From Pristiophorus japonicus (Eukaryota): DNA of 64,000 nt. The stretch is from the NCBI RefSeq assembly GCF_044704955.1, contig NC_091990.1, forward strand, positions 26,846,001-26,910,000, given 5' to 3'. The notes below the pieces were generated by a model, which was given only the letters and a program-made list of their open reading frames with translations, made no database searches and was not told where the DNA came from. This document shows, piece after piece, positions 23,908 to 35,321 of this stretch. A program made the position numbers and the translations under genes. Every line of letters begins with the position of its first letter. Positions within the stretch are counted from its first letter, which is position 1.

Positions 23908-25452
23908 GTGGATGGCTCTGTCAGGATCTGTGGCGACTACAAGGCCACCATCAATCGGGTGTCCCTACAAGATCAATACCTGCTCCCGAGAGCGGAGGAC
24001 CTCTTCGCCACGTTGGCAGGCGGCAAGCTGTTCACCAAGTTGGACCTCACTTCAGTCTATATGACCCAGGAACTGGCCGACGAATCTAAACTACTGACCA
24101 CCATCACCACGCACAAGGGACTGTTCGTTTATAACAGGTGCCCGTTTGGCATTCGATCAGCAGCCGCGATTTTTCAACGAAACATGGAAAGCCTGCTTAA
24201 ATCCATTCCTGGAATGATCGTATTCCAGGACGATATCCTCATCATGGGTCGAGACACCGAGGAACACCTCCACAACCTGGAGGAGGTGCTACGCCGACAG
24301 GACCGGGTAGGCCTGCGACTCAAGAAGTCTAAATGTGTGTTCTTAGCTCCTGAGGTTGAGTTTCTGGGCAGGAGGGTTGCTGCAGATGGGATTCGGCCCA
24401 CCGAATCCAAAACAGAGGTGATTCGACGAGCACCCAGGCCCTGCAAAATATCGGAGCTACGTTCATTCCTGGGACTGCTGAACTATTTCGGGAACTTTCT
24501 GCCGAACTTGAGCACGTTGTTGGAGCTGCTACATGTGCTCCTACGTAAGGATTGCAATTGGTTTTGGGGGGACTGTCAGGAACGGGGTTTTGATCGGGCG
24601 CGAAACCTACTTTGTTCAAACAAGTTGTTGACCTTGTACGACCCCTGTAAAAAATTGGTTCTGACATGTGATGCATCGACCTATGGGGTTGGGTGCGTAT
24701 TGCAGCAAGGCAATGCTAAGGGTCAACTACAACCTGTGGCTTATGCCTCCAGGTCGCTCTCTCAAGCAGAACGGGGATATGGGATGATCGAGAAGGAAGC
24801 GCTTGCATGTGTAAAAAAAATGCATCAGTACCTTTTTGGTAGGAAGTTTGAATTAGAGACGGACCACAAGCCATTAACATCCCTGTTGTCAGACAGCAAG
24901 GCTGTCAATGCCAACGCATCAGCTCACATACACCGATGGGCTCTCACGCTGGCTGCTTATGACTACTCCATCCGGCACCGGCCCGGCACTGAAACTTGCA
25001 CTGACGTGCTCAGCAGGCTTCCACTTGCCACCACTGACGGGGCAGTGCAGCAAAGCGCTGAGATGGTCATGGCTGTCGATGCCTTTGACAGCGCAGGCTC
25101 CCCCATCACAGCCCGCCAGATCAAAATCTGGACAAACAGAGATCCCCTCCTATCCCTGATTAAGAAATGGGTCCTGACTGGGGATTGGGCGCCCGCACAT
25201 GGAGCATGCCCTGAGGAGGTCAGATCGTTCCACAGACGGATGGATGAGCTCTCCATTCAAGCCGACTGCCTACTATGGGGCAGCCGGGTAGTTATGCCCC
25301 AGAAGGGCAGGGAGGCATTCATCAGGGAACTCCACAACGAGCACCCAGGCATTGTGCTGATGAAGGCCATTGCCCGGTCACATGTTTGGTGGCCTGGAAT
25401 TGATGCAGACCTGGAACACTGTGTTTGCAGGTGCACGACCTGTGCCCAGTGA
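23908..25452 (+). pseudogene. pol fragment (RT, RNase H, integrase zinc finger) of element B
   Basis: 514-aa ORF: RICGDYK..LDL..RCPFGIRSAAAIFQR..VFQDDIL..CDASTYG..TDHKPL..H..HPG..C..C. The integrase core continues frameshifted at 25425-26102. Confidence 0.9.
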
Positions 25453-26452
25453 GTAATGCCCCCAGGGAGGCCACGCTCAGCCCGTGGCCCTGGCCCAGTA
25501 GGACAAGGTCACGCATTCATGTTGACTACGCGGGCCCGTTCATGGGTAAGATATTCCTTATTGTGGTAGATGCGTACTCGAAATGGATCGAGTGCATCAT
25601 TCTGAATTCATGCACGTTATCCACCACCGTGGAAAGCCTACTTGCGATCTTTGCAACCCATGGCTTGCCGGACATCCTGGTTAGTGATAATGGCCCATGT
25701 TTCACAAGCCACGAATTCCGAGAGTTTATGTCGGGCAATGGCATCAACCACGTCAGGACTGCGCCATTCAAGCTGGCCTCCAATGGCCAGGCGGAACGTG
25801 TGGTCCAAATCATTAAGCAAGGTATGCTCAGGATTCAAGGACCCTCCCTACAATGCCGCCTATCGCGTCTCCTGCTGGCCTATAGATCCCGACCGCACTC
25901 GCTCATGGGGGTCCCGCCTGCAGAGCTACTAATGAAACGGACACTCAAAACTCGGTTGTCCCTCATTCACACAGTCCTGACCGACATAGTTGAGGGCAAG
26001 CGCAAGTCACAAAACGAGTACCATGACTGTAATTCGAGGGGGAGATGTATAGACATAAATGATCCTGTATTCGTCCTCAATCATGCCATGGGGCCCAAAT
26101 GACTTGAGATTGACAAAGAGGGGAATAGGGTCATCGTGGTAAAAGTCAACAATGGTCAGATATGCCGTAAGCATCTGGACCAAGTAAAAAAAAGGTTCAG
26201 CATCGACACTGAGGAACCTGAAGAAGACCATGAGATGGAGCTCACAACACCACCAGTGAACGAGCAACAAGAGCAATCAGAAGAATGCACAGTCCCTGCG
26301 GTCAGCCCGGACAGGCCGGAATCACCACAGGTGACAGACACTCACGTCAGTGTCCAACAACCAGAACCCCAACTGTGGCGCTCCACGAGGGAGCGTAGAC
26401 CACCTGAAAGATTAAACCTATGATCCCAATAAGATTTTGGGGGGGAAGGTGA

Positions 26453-26700
26453 TATCATGTATGTAACCACAATGTAACACCACTGTATTACTGTATACAG
26501 TCAACCTAGATGCACACCGTGACCACAAGGGGTGAACTTGTGGGAGACACTCCTTACCTGATCACAAAGGTATAAAAAGGAAGGTCCCATGCAAGGTCAT
26601 CGTCTTCGGAGTCCTGTGAATAAAGGGTTAAGGTCACAGAGTGACCTTGTCCCCAGAATGTGCTTCGTGTGGTTTCATACTGTAGAGTAAGGACTTTACA
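26453..26700 (+). repeat. 3' LTR of element B
   Basis: Direct repeat of the 5' LTR. It begins TA (TG mutated), ends TTTACA and contains AATAAA. Confidence 0.93.
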
Positions 26701-26854
26701 GGTATAACCTCTCAGTTCTGGTGTCATTCTAGTAAATCTTCTTTGCATCTTATTCAGTGGCTCTATATCCTTTTCCCAAGCTTCCACCCCATGCTGCCAC
26801 TCTCCCAATAAAAAAGAAAGACTTGCATTTATTTTCCAATAATTTTCCAATCCT

Positions 26855-28130
26855 CTCTGGCTACAGGTGTGGTGCCAGAGAACTGGAGGACTGATAATGT
26901 TGTACCTTTGTTTAAAAAGGGAGAAAGGGATAGAATGAGTAATTACAGGCCAGTCAGCCTAACCTCGGTGGTGAGAAAATTATTGGAAAAACTCCTGAGG
27001 GACAGGATAAATCTTCATTTGGAAAGACATGGATTGACCAAGGACAGTCAGCATAGATTTGTTATGGGTAGGTCGTGTCTATCATGATTGAATTTTTCAA
27101 GGAGGTAACCTGGGGGGTCGATGAGGGCAGTGTGTATGACGTAGTGTACATGGATTTTAGCAAAGCTTTTGATAAGGATTCACATGGCAGACTGGTCACA
27201 AAAGTAATAGCCCATGGGATCCAAGGCAAAGTGACAAGTTGGATCCAAAATTGGCTCGGAGGCAGGAAGCAAAGGATAATGGTTGATGGGTGTTTTTGTG
27301 ACTGGAGGGCTGTATCCAGTGGGGTTCCGCAGGGCTCAGTGCTGGGTCCCTTGTTTTTTGTGGTATATATCAATAACTTGGACTTAAATGTTGGGGGTAT
27401 GATTAAGAAGTTTGCAGATGACACTAAAATAGGCTGCATGGTTGATAATGAAGAAGAAAGCTGCGGACTACAGGAAGATATCAATGTACTGGTCGGGTGG
27501 GCAGAACAGTGGTAAATGGAATTCAATCCAGTGAGGTAATGCATCTGGGGAGGTCTAACAAGGCAAGGGAATACACTGAAAAGTGTAGAGGAACAAAGGG
27601 ATCTTAGAGTGCAGGTCCACAGATCCCTGAAGGTAGCAGGCCAGGTAGATAAGGTGGTTAAGAAGGCATATGGAATACTTGTCTTTATTAGTCGAGGCAT
27701 GGAATACAAGAGCAAGGAGGTTATGCCCTGTATAAAACACTGGTTAGGCTGCAGCTGGAATAGTGTGTGCAGTTCTAGTCACCACATTACAGGGTGTGTT
27801 TGCACTGGAAAGGGGGCATAGGAGATTTACAAGAATGTTGCCTGGAATGGAGAATTTTGGCTATGAGGAAAGATTGGAGATGCTGGGTATGTTTTCTTTA
27901 GAAGAGAGGAGGCTAAGGGGAGACCTGATTGAGATGTATAAAATTATGAGGGGCCTGGATAGAGTGGATAGGAAGGATCTGTTTTCCTTGGCAGAGAGGT
28001 CAACAACCAGGGTGCATACATTTAAAGTAATTGGGGGGAGGGTTAGAGGAAACACGAGGGTGGTGGGGGTCTGGAGCTCACTGCCTGAAAAGGTGGTAGA
28101 GACAGAAACCGTCACCACATTAAAAAAAAT
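26855..28130 (+). mobile_element. CR1 LINE RT fragment, decayed
   Basis: VVPLFKKG..NYRPVSLTS, YMDFSKAFDK, GVPQGSVLGP, KFADDTKIG and FSLEERRLRGDLIE motifs. Confidence 0.9.
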
Positions 28131-28469
28131 GTATTTATACCTCAATCAACGTAACAAAAAAGATTATCTGGTCACTATCACATTGCTGTTTGTGGGAGCT
28201 TGCTGTGTGCAAGTTGGCTGCCGCGTTTACCACATTACAACAGTGACTACACTTCAAAAGTACTTCATTGGCTTAAAGTGCCGAAAGTGGGATTAGGCTG
28301 GATAGCTCTTGGTCAGCCGGCGTGGACACGATGGGCCAAATGGCCTCTTTCCGTGCTGTAAATTTCTAAGATTCTATTCTATGATTTATATAGCGCCTTT
28401 CACGATCACTGGACGCCTCAAAGTCAGCATAGCCAATGAAGTACTTTTTGAAATGTAGTCAATTATTGG

Positions 28470-28809
28470 GGCTCGGGCTGTTCGGGGCGGGTTGCTGGGG
28501 CCCGGGTTGCTAGGGGCAGGCTTGCTCAAGGCCCGGCATGTTAGGCGGCCGGGTTGCTAGGGATCGGTTGCTGAGGCCCGGTTCCAGAATGTTCCGGTTT
28601 CCATGGTGACCGCGCCCACACATCGCACCCAGTCGCATTCAATTGGTCCAGCGTGAGACGTCATATCGCAGCGTGTCTGCTGATTGGCTGATATGCCTGT
28701 CCATCACTCTGTTGACCCGGGGGTTGCCAATACTTCCGGGTGAGCTGCCTGGGCCTGCAACGTGTGGCTGAGCCATAGCCTGAGGGAGCCGCATTCACAC
28801 CGATACACC
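28470..28809 (+). promoter_or_regulatory. NUDC CpG-rich promoter with RFX X-box cluster, CCAAT, CRE-like and ETS motifs
   Basis: X-box GTTTCCATGGTGAC at 28597-28610. GTTGCT half-sites at 28491, 28506, 28553 and 28567. ATTGG at ~28642 and ~28683, GACGTCA at ~28657 and ACTTCCGG at 28732-28739. Confidence 0.65.
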
Positions 28810-28890
28810 ATGGGGGACTCAGCATACGAGGATCGCTTCGATGGCATTTTGCTCGCCATGGCCCAGCAACACGAAGGGGGCGTTCACCAG
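28810..28890 (+). CDS. NUDC: Nuclear migration protein NudC, coding exon 1
   Basis: ACCATGG start; MGDSAYEDRFDGILLAMAQQHEGGVHQ; donor CAG|gtaga. Confidence 0.96.
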
Positions 28891-29004
28891 GTAGAAAGGA
28901 GATTCGCACTCTGGCCTGTGGGTAGATCCCCCTCCCTAGGTAGATCCCCTCTCACCCGGCCTGTGTGCCGATCCCCTTCCTCTCACCCGGCCTGTGTGTC
29001 GATG

Positions 29005-29370
29005 TACTGGAAAGGCTGGATAAGTCGCCTGGTCCGGATGGCTTGCATTCCAGGTGGTTAAGGGAAGTGGGGTGGTGGGGGGAGATAGCGGAGGGCATGC
29101 CATAATCTTTCCTAGAAACGGGGGAGGCGCCAAAGGTTTGGAAAGTGGTACATGTGACACCCTTGTTCAAGAAAGGGTGCAAGGACAATCTTCGTAACTA
29201 CAGGCTGGTCAGTTTAACATCAGTGGTGGGTAAGGTTTTAGAAACCGGTATCAGGGAGAGGTTTAAGTTAATTAAGGAGAGCCAGCACGGATTTGTAAAA
29301 GGCAGATCGTGTTTGACGAATCGAATTGAATTTTGTGATAAAGTATCAGAGAAGGTTGATGAAGGGAATC
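29005..29370 (+). mobile_element. CR1 RT fragment within the intron-1 minisatellite region
   Basis: VTPLFKKGCKDNLRNYRLVSLTSVVGK..SQHGFVKGRSCLTN. Confidence 0.8.
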
Positions 29371-29371
29371 C

Positions 29372-31425
29372 CCTTGGCCTGTGGGCAGATGCCCCTCCCC
29401 TTGGTGGGCAGATGCCCCTCCCCTTGGCCTGTGGGCAGATGCCCCTCCCCTTGGCCTGTGGGCAGATGCCCCTCCCCCCGGCCTGTGGGCAGATGCCCCT
29501 CCCCCTGGCCTGTGGGCAGATGCCCCCCCCCCCCGGCCTGTGGGCAGATGCCCCCCCCTGGCCTGTGGGCGGATGCCCCTCCCCTCCCCCCGGCCTGTGG
29601 GCGGATGCCCCCCCCTCCTCCCGGCCTGTGGGCGGATGCCCCCCCCTCCCCCCGGCCTGTGGGCGGATGCCTCCCCCTCCCCCCGGCCTGTGGGCGGATG
29701 CCCCCCCCCTCCTCCCGGCCTGTGGGCGGATGCCCCCCCCCTCCCCCCGGTCTGTGGGCGGATGCCTCCCCCGGCCTGTGGGCGGATGCCCCCCCCTCCC
29801 CCCGGCCTGTGGGCGGATGCCCCCCCCCCTCCCCCCGGCCTGTGGGCGGATGCCCCCCCCCTCCCCCCGGCCTGTGGGCGGATGCCCCCCCCTCCCCCCG
29901 GCCTGTGGGCGGATGCCCCCCCCTCCCCCCGGCCTGTGGGCGGATGCCCCCCCCTCCCCCCGGCCTGTGGGCGGATGCCCCCCCCTCCCCCCGGCCTGTG
30001 GGCGGATGCCCCCCCCTCCCCCCGGCCTGTGGGCGGATGCCCCCCCCTCCCCCCGGCCTGTGGGCGGATGCCCCCCCCTCCCCCCGGCCTGTGGGCGGAT
30101 GCCCCCCCCTCCCCCCGGCCTGTGGGCGGATGCCCCCCCCTCCCCCCGGCCTGTGGGCGGATGCCCCCCCCTCCCCCCGGCCTGTGGGCGGATGCCCCCC
30201 CCTCCCCCCGGCCTGTGGGCGGATGCCCCCCCCTCCCCCCGGCCTGTGGGCGGATGCCCCCCCCTCCCCCCGGCCTGTGGGCGGATGCCCCCCCCTCCCC
30301 CCGGCCTGTGGGCGGATGCCCCCCCCTCCCCCCGGCCTGTGGGCGGATGCCCCCCCCTCCCCCCGGCCTGTGGGCGGATGCCCCCCCCTCCCCCCGGCCT
30401 GTGGGCGGATGCCCCCCCCTCCCCCCGGCCTGTGGGCGGATGCCCCCCCCTCCCCCCGGCCTGTGGGCGGATGCCCCCCCCTCCCCCCGGCCTGTGGGCG
30501 GATGCCCCCCCCTCCCCCCGGCCTGTGGGCGGATGCCCCCCCCTCCCCCCGGCCTGTGGGCGGATGCCCCCCCCTCCCCCCGGCCTGTGGGCGGATGCCC
30601 CCCCCTCCCCCCGGCCTGTGGGCGGATGCCCCCCCCTCCCCCCGGCCTGTGGGCGGATGCCCCCCCCTCCCCCCGGCCTGTGGGCGGATGCCCCCCCCTC
30701 CCCCCGGCCTGTGGGCGGATGCCCCCCCCTCCCCCCGGCCTGTGGGCGGATGCCCCCCCCTCCCCCCGGCCTGTGGGCGGATGCCCCCCCCTCCCCCCGG
30801 CCTGTGGGCGGATGCCCCCCCCTCCCCCCGGCCTGTGGGCGGATGCCCCCCCCTCCCCCCGGCCTGTGGGCGGATGCCCCCCCCTCCCCCCGGCCTGTGG
30901 GCGGATGCCCCCCCCTCCCCCCGGCCTGTGGGCGGATGCCCCCCCCTCCCCCCGGCCTGTGGGCGGATGCCCCCCCCTCCCCCCGGCCTGTGGGCGGATG
31001 CCCCCCCCTCCCCCCGGCCTGTGGGCGGATGCCCCCCCCTCCCCCCGGCCTGTGGGCGGATGCCCCCCCCTCCCCCCGGCCTGTGGGCGGATGCCCCCCC
31101 CTCCCCCCGGCCTGTGGGCGGATGCCCCCCCCTCCCCCCGGCCTGTGGGCGGATGCCCCCCCCTCCCCCCGGCCTGTGGGCAGATGCCCCCCCCCCCCTC
31201 CCCCCGGCCTGTGGGCGGATGCCCCCCCCCCTCCCCCCGGCCTGTGGGCGGATGCCCCCCCCGGCCTGTGGGCGGATGCCCCCCCCTCCCCCCGGCCTGT
31301 GGGCGGATGCCCCCCCCTCCCCCCGGCCTGTGGGCGGATGCCCCCCCCTCCCCCCGGCCTGTGGGCGGATGCCCCCCCGGCCTGTGGGCGAATCCCCTTC
31401 CCCTTCCCCTGGCCTGTGGGCAAAT
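29372..31425. repeat. 31-bp GC-rich minisatellite (ggcctgtgggcggatgcccccccctcccccc)n in NUDC intron 1
   Basis: Period 31, read from positions 29941 and 29972. About 65 units, with a near-perfect core and degenerate edges. Confidence 0.97.
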
Positions 31426-31844
31426 CTCTTCTTTCCACACCCCCTCCCCCTCCTGTGAACTTAAGGCTAGTCTATATTTCAAAGCTGTTTCCCAAGTTAA
31501 TTCCTCAGCTGCTTCTCCTGCTCTGGAAGCTGGATCTGGTTTACATAACGTGCTTTCAAATTCTCTATAAACCTCACTGCATGTGCATTGTTAGACAGCA
31601 GCACACAGTGACTGGTACCATCCCTGCAATAGCAGAACTAAGGAAGGAATGACTTTCATGACCTCAGGTTCTTACAGCCAATTAAATATTTTTGAAGTGT
31701 AGTCACTGTGTTATAATGTAGGAAAAGCGGCAGACAATTTGTGCACAGCAAGGTCCCACAAACAGCAATGTGGTAAATGACCCAAAAATTTATTTTAGTG
31801 ATGTTGGTTGTGTATTTTATACAGCACAATAATAAAAAAAAAAA

Positions 31845-32835
31845 TACATAGAAACATAGAAGCATAGAAAATAGGTGCAGGAACAGGCCATTCGGCCCTT
31901 CGTGCCTGCACCGCCATTCAATAACATCATGGCTGATCATTCAACCTCAGTACCCCTTTCCTGCTTTCTCCTCATAACCTTTGATTCCTTTGGCCGTAAG
32001 GGCCATATCTAACTCCCTTTTGAATATATCTAACAAACTGGCCTCAACAACTTTCTGCGGTAGAGAATTCCACAAGTTAACCACTCTCTGAGTGAAGAAG
32101 TTTCTCCTCATCTCGGTCCTAAATGGTTTGCCCCTTATTCTTAGACTGTGACCCCTGGTTCTGGAACTCTCCAGCAATAGGAATATTCTTCCTGCCTCCA
32201 ACCTGTCCAATCCCGTCAGAATTTTATATGTTTCTATGAGATCCCCTCACATTCTTCTGATTTTTTTTTTTATTGATCCATTCTCTCCTCGTATGTCAAT
32301 CCTGCTATCCCGGGAACCAGTCTGGTGAAACTTTGCTGTACTCCCTCAATAGCAAGAACATCCTTCCTCAGATTAGGAGACCAAAACAGAACATAATATT
32401 CTAGGTGTGGCCTCACCAAGGCCCTGTACAACTGCAGTAAGACCTCCCTGTTCCTATACTCTCATCCTCTAGCTATGAAGGCCAACATGCCATTTGCCTT
32501 CTTCACCTGCTGTACCTGCATGCCAACTTTCAATGACTGATATACCATGACACCCAGGTCTCGTTGCACCACCCCTTTTCCTAATCTGTCACCATTCAGA
32601 AAATATTCTGTCTTCCTGTTTTTGTCGCCAAAGTGGATAACCTCACATTTATCCACATTATACTGCATCTGCCATGCATTTGCCCACTCACCTAACCTGT
32701 CCAAGTCACCCTGCAGCCTCTTAGCGTCCCCCTCACAGTTCACACCGCCACCCAGCTTAGTGTCATCTGCAAACTTGGAGATATTGCACTCAGTTCCTTC
32801 ATCTAAATCATTGATGTATATTGTAAATAGCTGGG
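31845..32835 (-). mobile_element. CR1 LINE 3' portion
   Basis: QLFTIYINDLDEG..KFADDTKLGG..WQMQYNVDKC; (catagaaa)n tail at ~31845. Confidence 0.9.
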
Positions 32836-33254
32836 TGGCTGGTAATGCAGAAGTTTTCAGGACATGCACATACTATCTCTGCGATTTCCGATTGCAAGAC
32901 ACAGCAAAGAGCTTTCAGTTTGGGAAAACCTTTACACTTTTTGGAGGCAATTATTAGCTCACAAGATCAAAAACTTTTAGAGTACAGCTAGTTGTGTCTG
33001 AAAACATGCTGCAAATAATAAAACTATGCCAGTTACCAGGAAAAGTAATTAAAAGATTCCTTCATAGTTCAGTTATTAGATTGCCCCAGACCATTATAAG
33101 GCATTCAATTTTAAAGTAAAACTTGCATCTTTAAAAACCTTGGTAGAAACACACTTGTCATTCATCTCTGTTCAGGGGGCAGGTCATTCTGGTGTGCAAT
33201 CTGCAACAAATATTGGCCAGGACACCATCGAAAATTCTCCAGCTTTTCTTCAAA

Positions 33255-33420
33255 ATAACCATGGTATCTGTTACGTCCACCTGGGAGGGCAGACGTGGCT
33301 TCGGTTTAACGTGTCATCTGAAAGTTGCAGCATTCGCTCAGTACTGCACTGGGAGCGTCAGCCTGGGTTATGAACTCAAGTCACTGGAGTGGGATATGAA
33401 CCCATGACTTTCTGACTCAT
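33255..33420 (-). mobile_element. Deu-domain SINE fragment (SacSINE1/AmnSINE-like)
   Basis: acgtccacctgggagggcagac..cggtttaacgtgtcatctgaaag..cagtactgcactgg resembles the Deu-SINE core as I recall it. Related 3' pieces occur at ~28150-28275 and ~31650-31800. Confidence 0.6.
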
Positions 33421-33926
33421 CTAACTGATTATCTGGCCTGTGGGGTGGCCTTGGACACTTCAGCCATTGAGCCTGCCTGACTCTGTCTCTGAGTTGCCGT
33501 GCACTGTCTCTGCCTCCAGTCGCAGGAGTATGCCCTTGTATACTCTGAGCTTGGCATTAGTGCTGAGTGCTGGTGTATTTGCCAATAATGCTAGTGTGGC
33601 CGCTGTGCAGGCTGAAGGAAAGGTTTGATGGTGAAATGTCCAGTCCACCAGTGCCATGAGAGGGAACGAGAGTGTGTGATGTATGGCACTGCACAGTGCT
33701 CCTCACCAACCAGCACATGCAATGAGGTGCGACTCACTGCAACTGCAGTCACACATCAAACCATTTAAAGTTTGTTTATTTCCATGTTAAGTTGAGTGGA
33801 TGTATTATGAGGTTTTGACTTTGTTTAATCCATTCTCACTATGTGGGAGAATGTACCTGGTTGGTACCGGGTAACTTGTCCATTTCAGTGGGACTGAATA
33901 AAGGGTCTAAATTTTTATTCTTCCAG

Positions 33927-34004
33927 CTCGTGGATACGTTCTTCAGCTTCCTGAGGCGAAAAACTGATTTCTTCACTGGTGGAGAGCAAGGAGCAGCTGA
34001 CAAA
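33927..34004 (+). CDS. NUDC: NudC coding exon 2
   Basis: ttccag|[26 protein letters not shown]|gtgagt. Confidence 0.96.
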
Positions 34005-34390
34005 GTGAGTACAGGGGGTCCTGCTACAGTGTGTGGGGGTCCCACTATATCTCCATCTCTCAGTACAGGAGGTCCCACTATATCTCCATCTTTCAGTACA
34101 GGGGGTCTCACTATATTTCCATCTCTCAGTATAGTCTGATTATGTGATCGCAGTGGAGCTGCTCGGGTGTCTCCCTGCAGTGGAGCTGCTCAGGTGTCTC
34201 TTTCCTTCCCCCCCCCCCCCCCCAGTGGAACTGCCTGGGTATTGTCGCCCCCACCTCCCTACCCCTCCGAACTACCCGTGTGTCTTTTCTCTTTTCCCCC
34301 CCCCTCCAAGTGGAACTGCCTGTTGTCTTCCCAGATGTTTACTGGTGCAATCTCATTTAACTAGTCATTTTGATCATATATTTTCCACAG

Positions 34391-34600
34391 TTGATCACAG
34401 AGACATTCAAACGCCATCAAAAGTTAGCGATACAGGTTCAGGTGGAGAAGGAGGTGAAACAGGAAGCAGAGAGAAAGGAGAAAATGGAACAGGCACAGAT
34501 TGTCGAGGAGAAGGAGAAGTCCGAACCGGAACCGAAGCAGCCGAAAATCAAAGAGCTGACGGACGAGGAGGCGGATAAACTGCAGAGGGAGATTGACCAG
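34391..34600 (+). CDS. NUDC: NudC coding exon 3
   Basis: ccacag|LITETFKRHQKLA..PKIKELTDEEADKLQREIDQ|gtgagc. Confidence 0.96.
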
Positions 34601-35234
34601 GTGAGCGCGTCACACAACACCTACAGGCCAATCACAGCACGAGAATTCGGCCATGGAATTGGAAGCAACCAATTGGCTTGAGTAGGGAATTGGTTCGGAG
34701 ATAGGAGACAGGGTAGGGATAATGGGTATGTACTCAAGTTGGCAAGGTGTGACTAGTCGCCCAGGGATCTGTATTGGGGGCTCAGCTTTTCACTCTATTT
34801 ATAAATCACTTCGATGAAGGAATAGAAAGCCATATATCCAAGTTTGCTGATGACACCAAGTCAGGTGGCACAGTAACTAGTGTAGAAGGGAGCAATGTTT
34901 CCTTTAAGCTGCGCAGCCACACAATGCTCTGCAGCTCCCGTGCATCCGGCTCAATGGCTTTTAAATAGGAAAAACCGGGCTTGCGCGGTATTTTGAATGG
35001 GCCAAGCAGCCTCTTAGAGTGGAAATCTGGAACACTCTTCCCCCAAAAAGCTGTTGAGGCTGGGGATCAATTGAAAATGTCAAAACTGAGATTGATAGCT
35101 ATGCCTGGGGCCCACACCCGGGAGCTGTGCCTGGGAGCCACGGCTGGGAGGTGTTCCTGCTCGTCACGAAGCTGCGGTTAATGGCTGGCCGGATACGCCA
35201 TGATGAGAACATTTACCTTGCATTTTTCATTTAG

Positions 35235-35321
35235 AAGAAGGAGCAGAAGAAACAGGAAAGTGATGGGGTCGGAATCACTGCCAATGGGGAGAATAAGTCG
35301 GAAAACTCGGAATCAAAACAG
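35235..35321 (+). CDS. NUDC: NudC coding exon 4
   Basis: tttag|KKEQKKQESDGVGITANGENKSENSESKQ|gtaatg. 87 nt, phase 0-0; a poorly conserved linker at the expected position. Confidence 0.85.

Larger units (their letters stand above)
21958..26700 (+). mobile_element. Full-length but mutationally inactivated Gypsy (Mag-like) LTR retrotransposon B
   Basis: 248-bp LTRs at 21958-22205 and 26453-26700. TSD GGTAT at 21953-21957 and 26701-26705. PBS TGGGGACGAG and PPT GGGGGGGAAGGTGA. Gag runs from ATG 22242 with stops, followed by protease LDTGAS, RT (FQDD), RNase H, and integrase (HHCC, D-D-E). Frameshifts and stops throughout. Confidence 0.96.

Noticed and set aside
11098-31425. CRISPR-like appearance of the 28- and 31-bp repeats
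   Set aside because: The units are head-to-tail with no unique spacers, there are no cas genes, and the context is eukaryotic.
29145-31652. Five ORFs of 710-835 aa rich in Pro/Gly, one with a CR1-RT N-terminus
   Set aside because: They arise from a stop-free 31-bp minisatellite read in several frames on both strands, inside NUDC intron 1.
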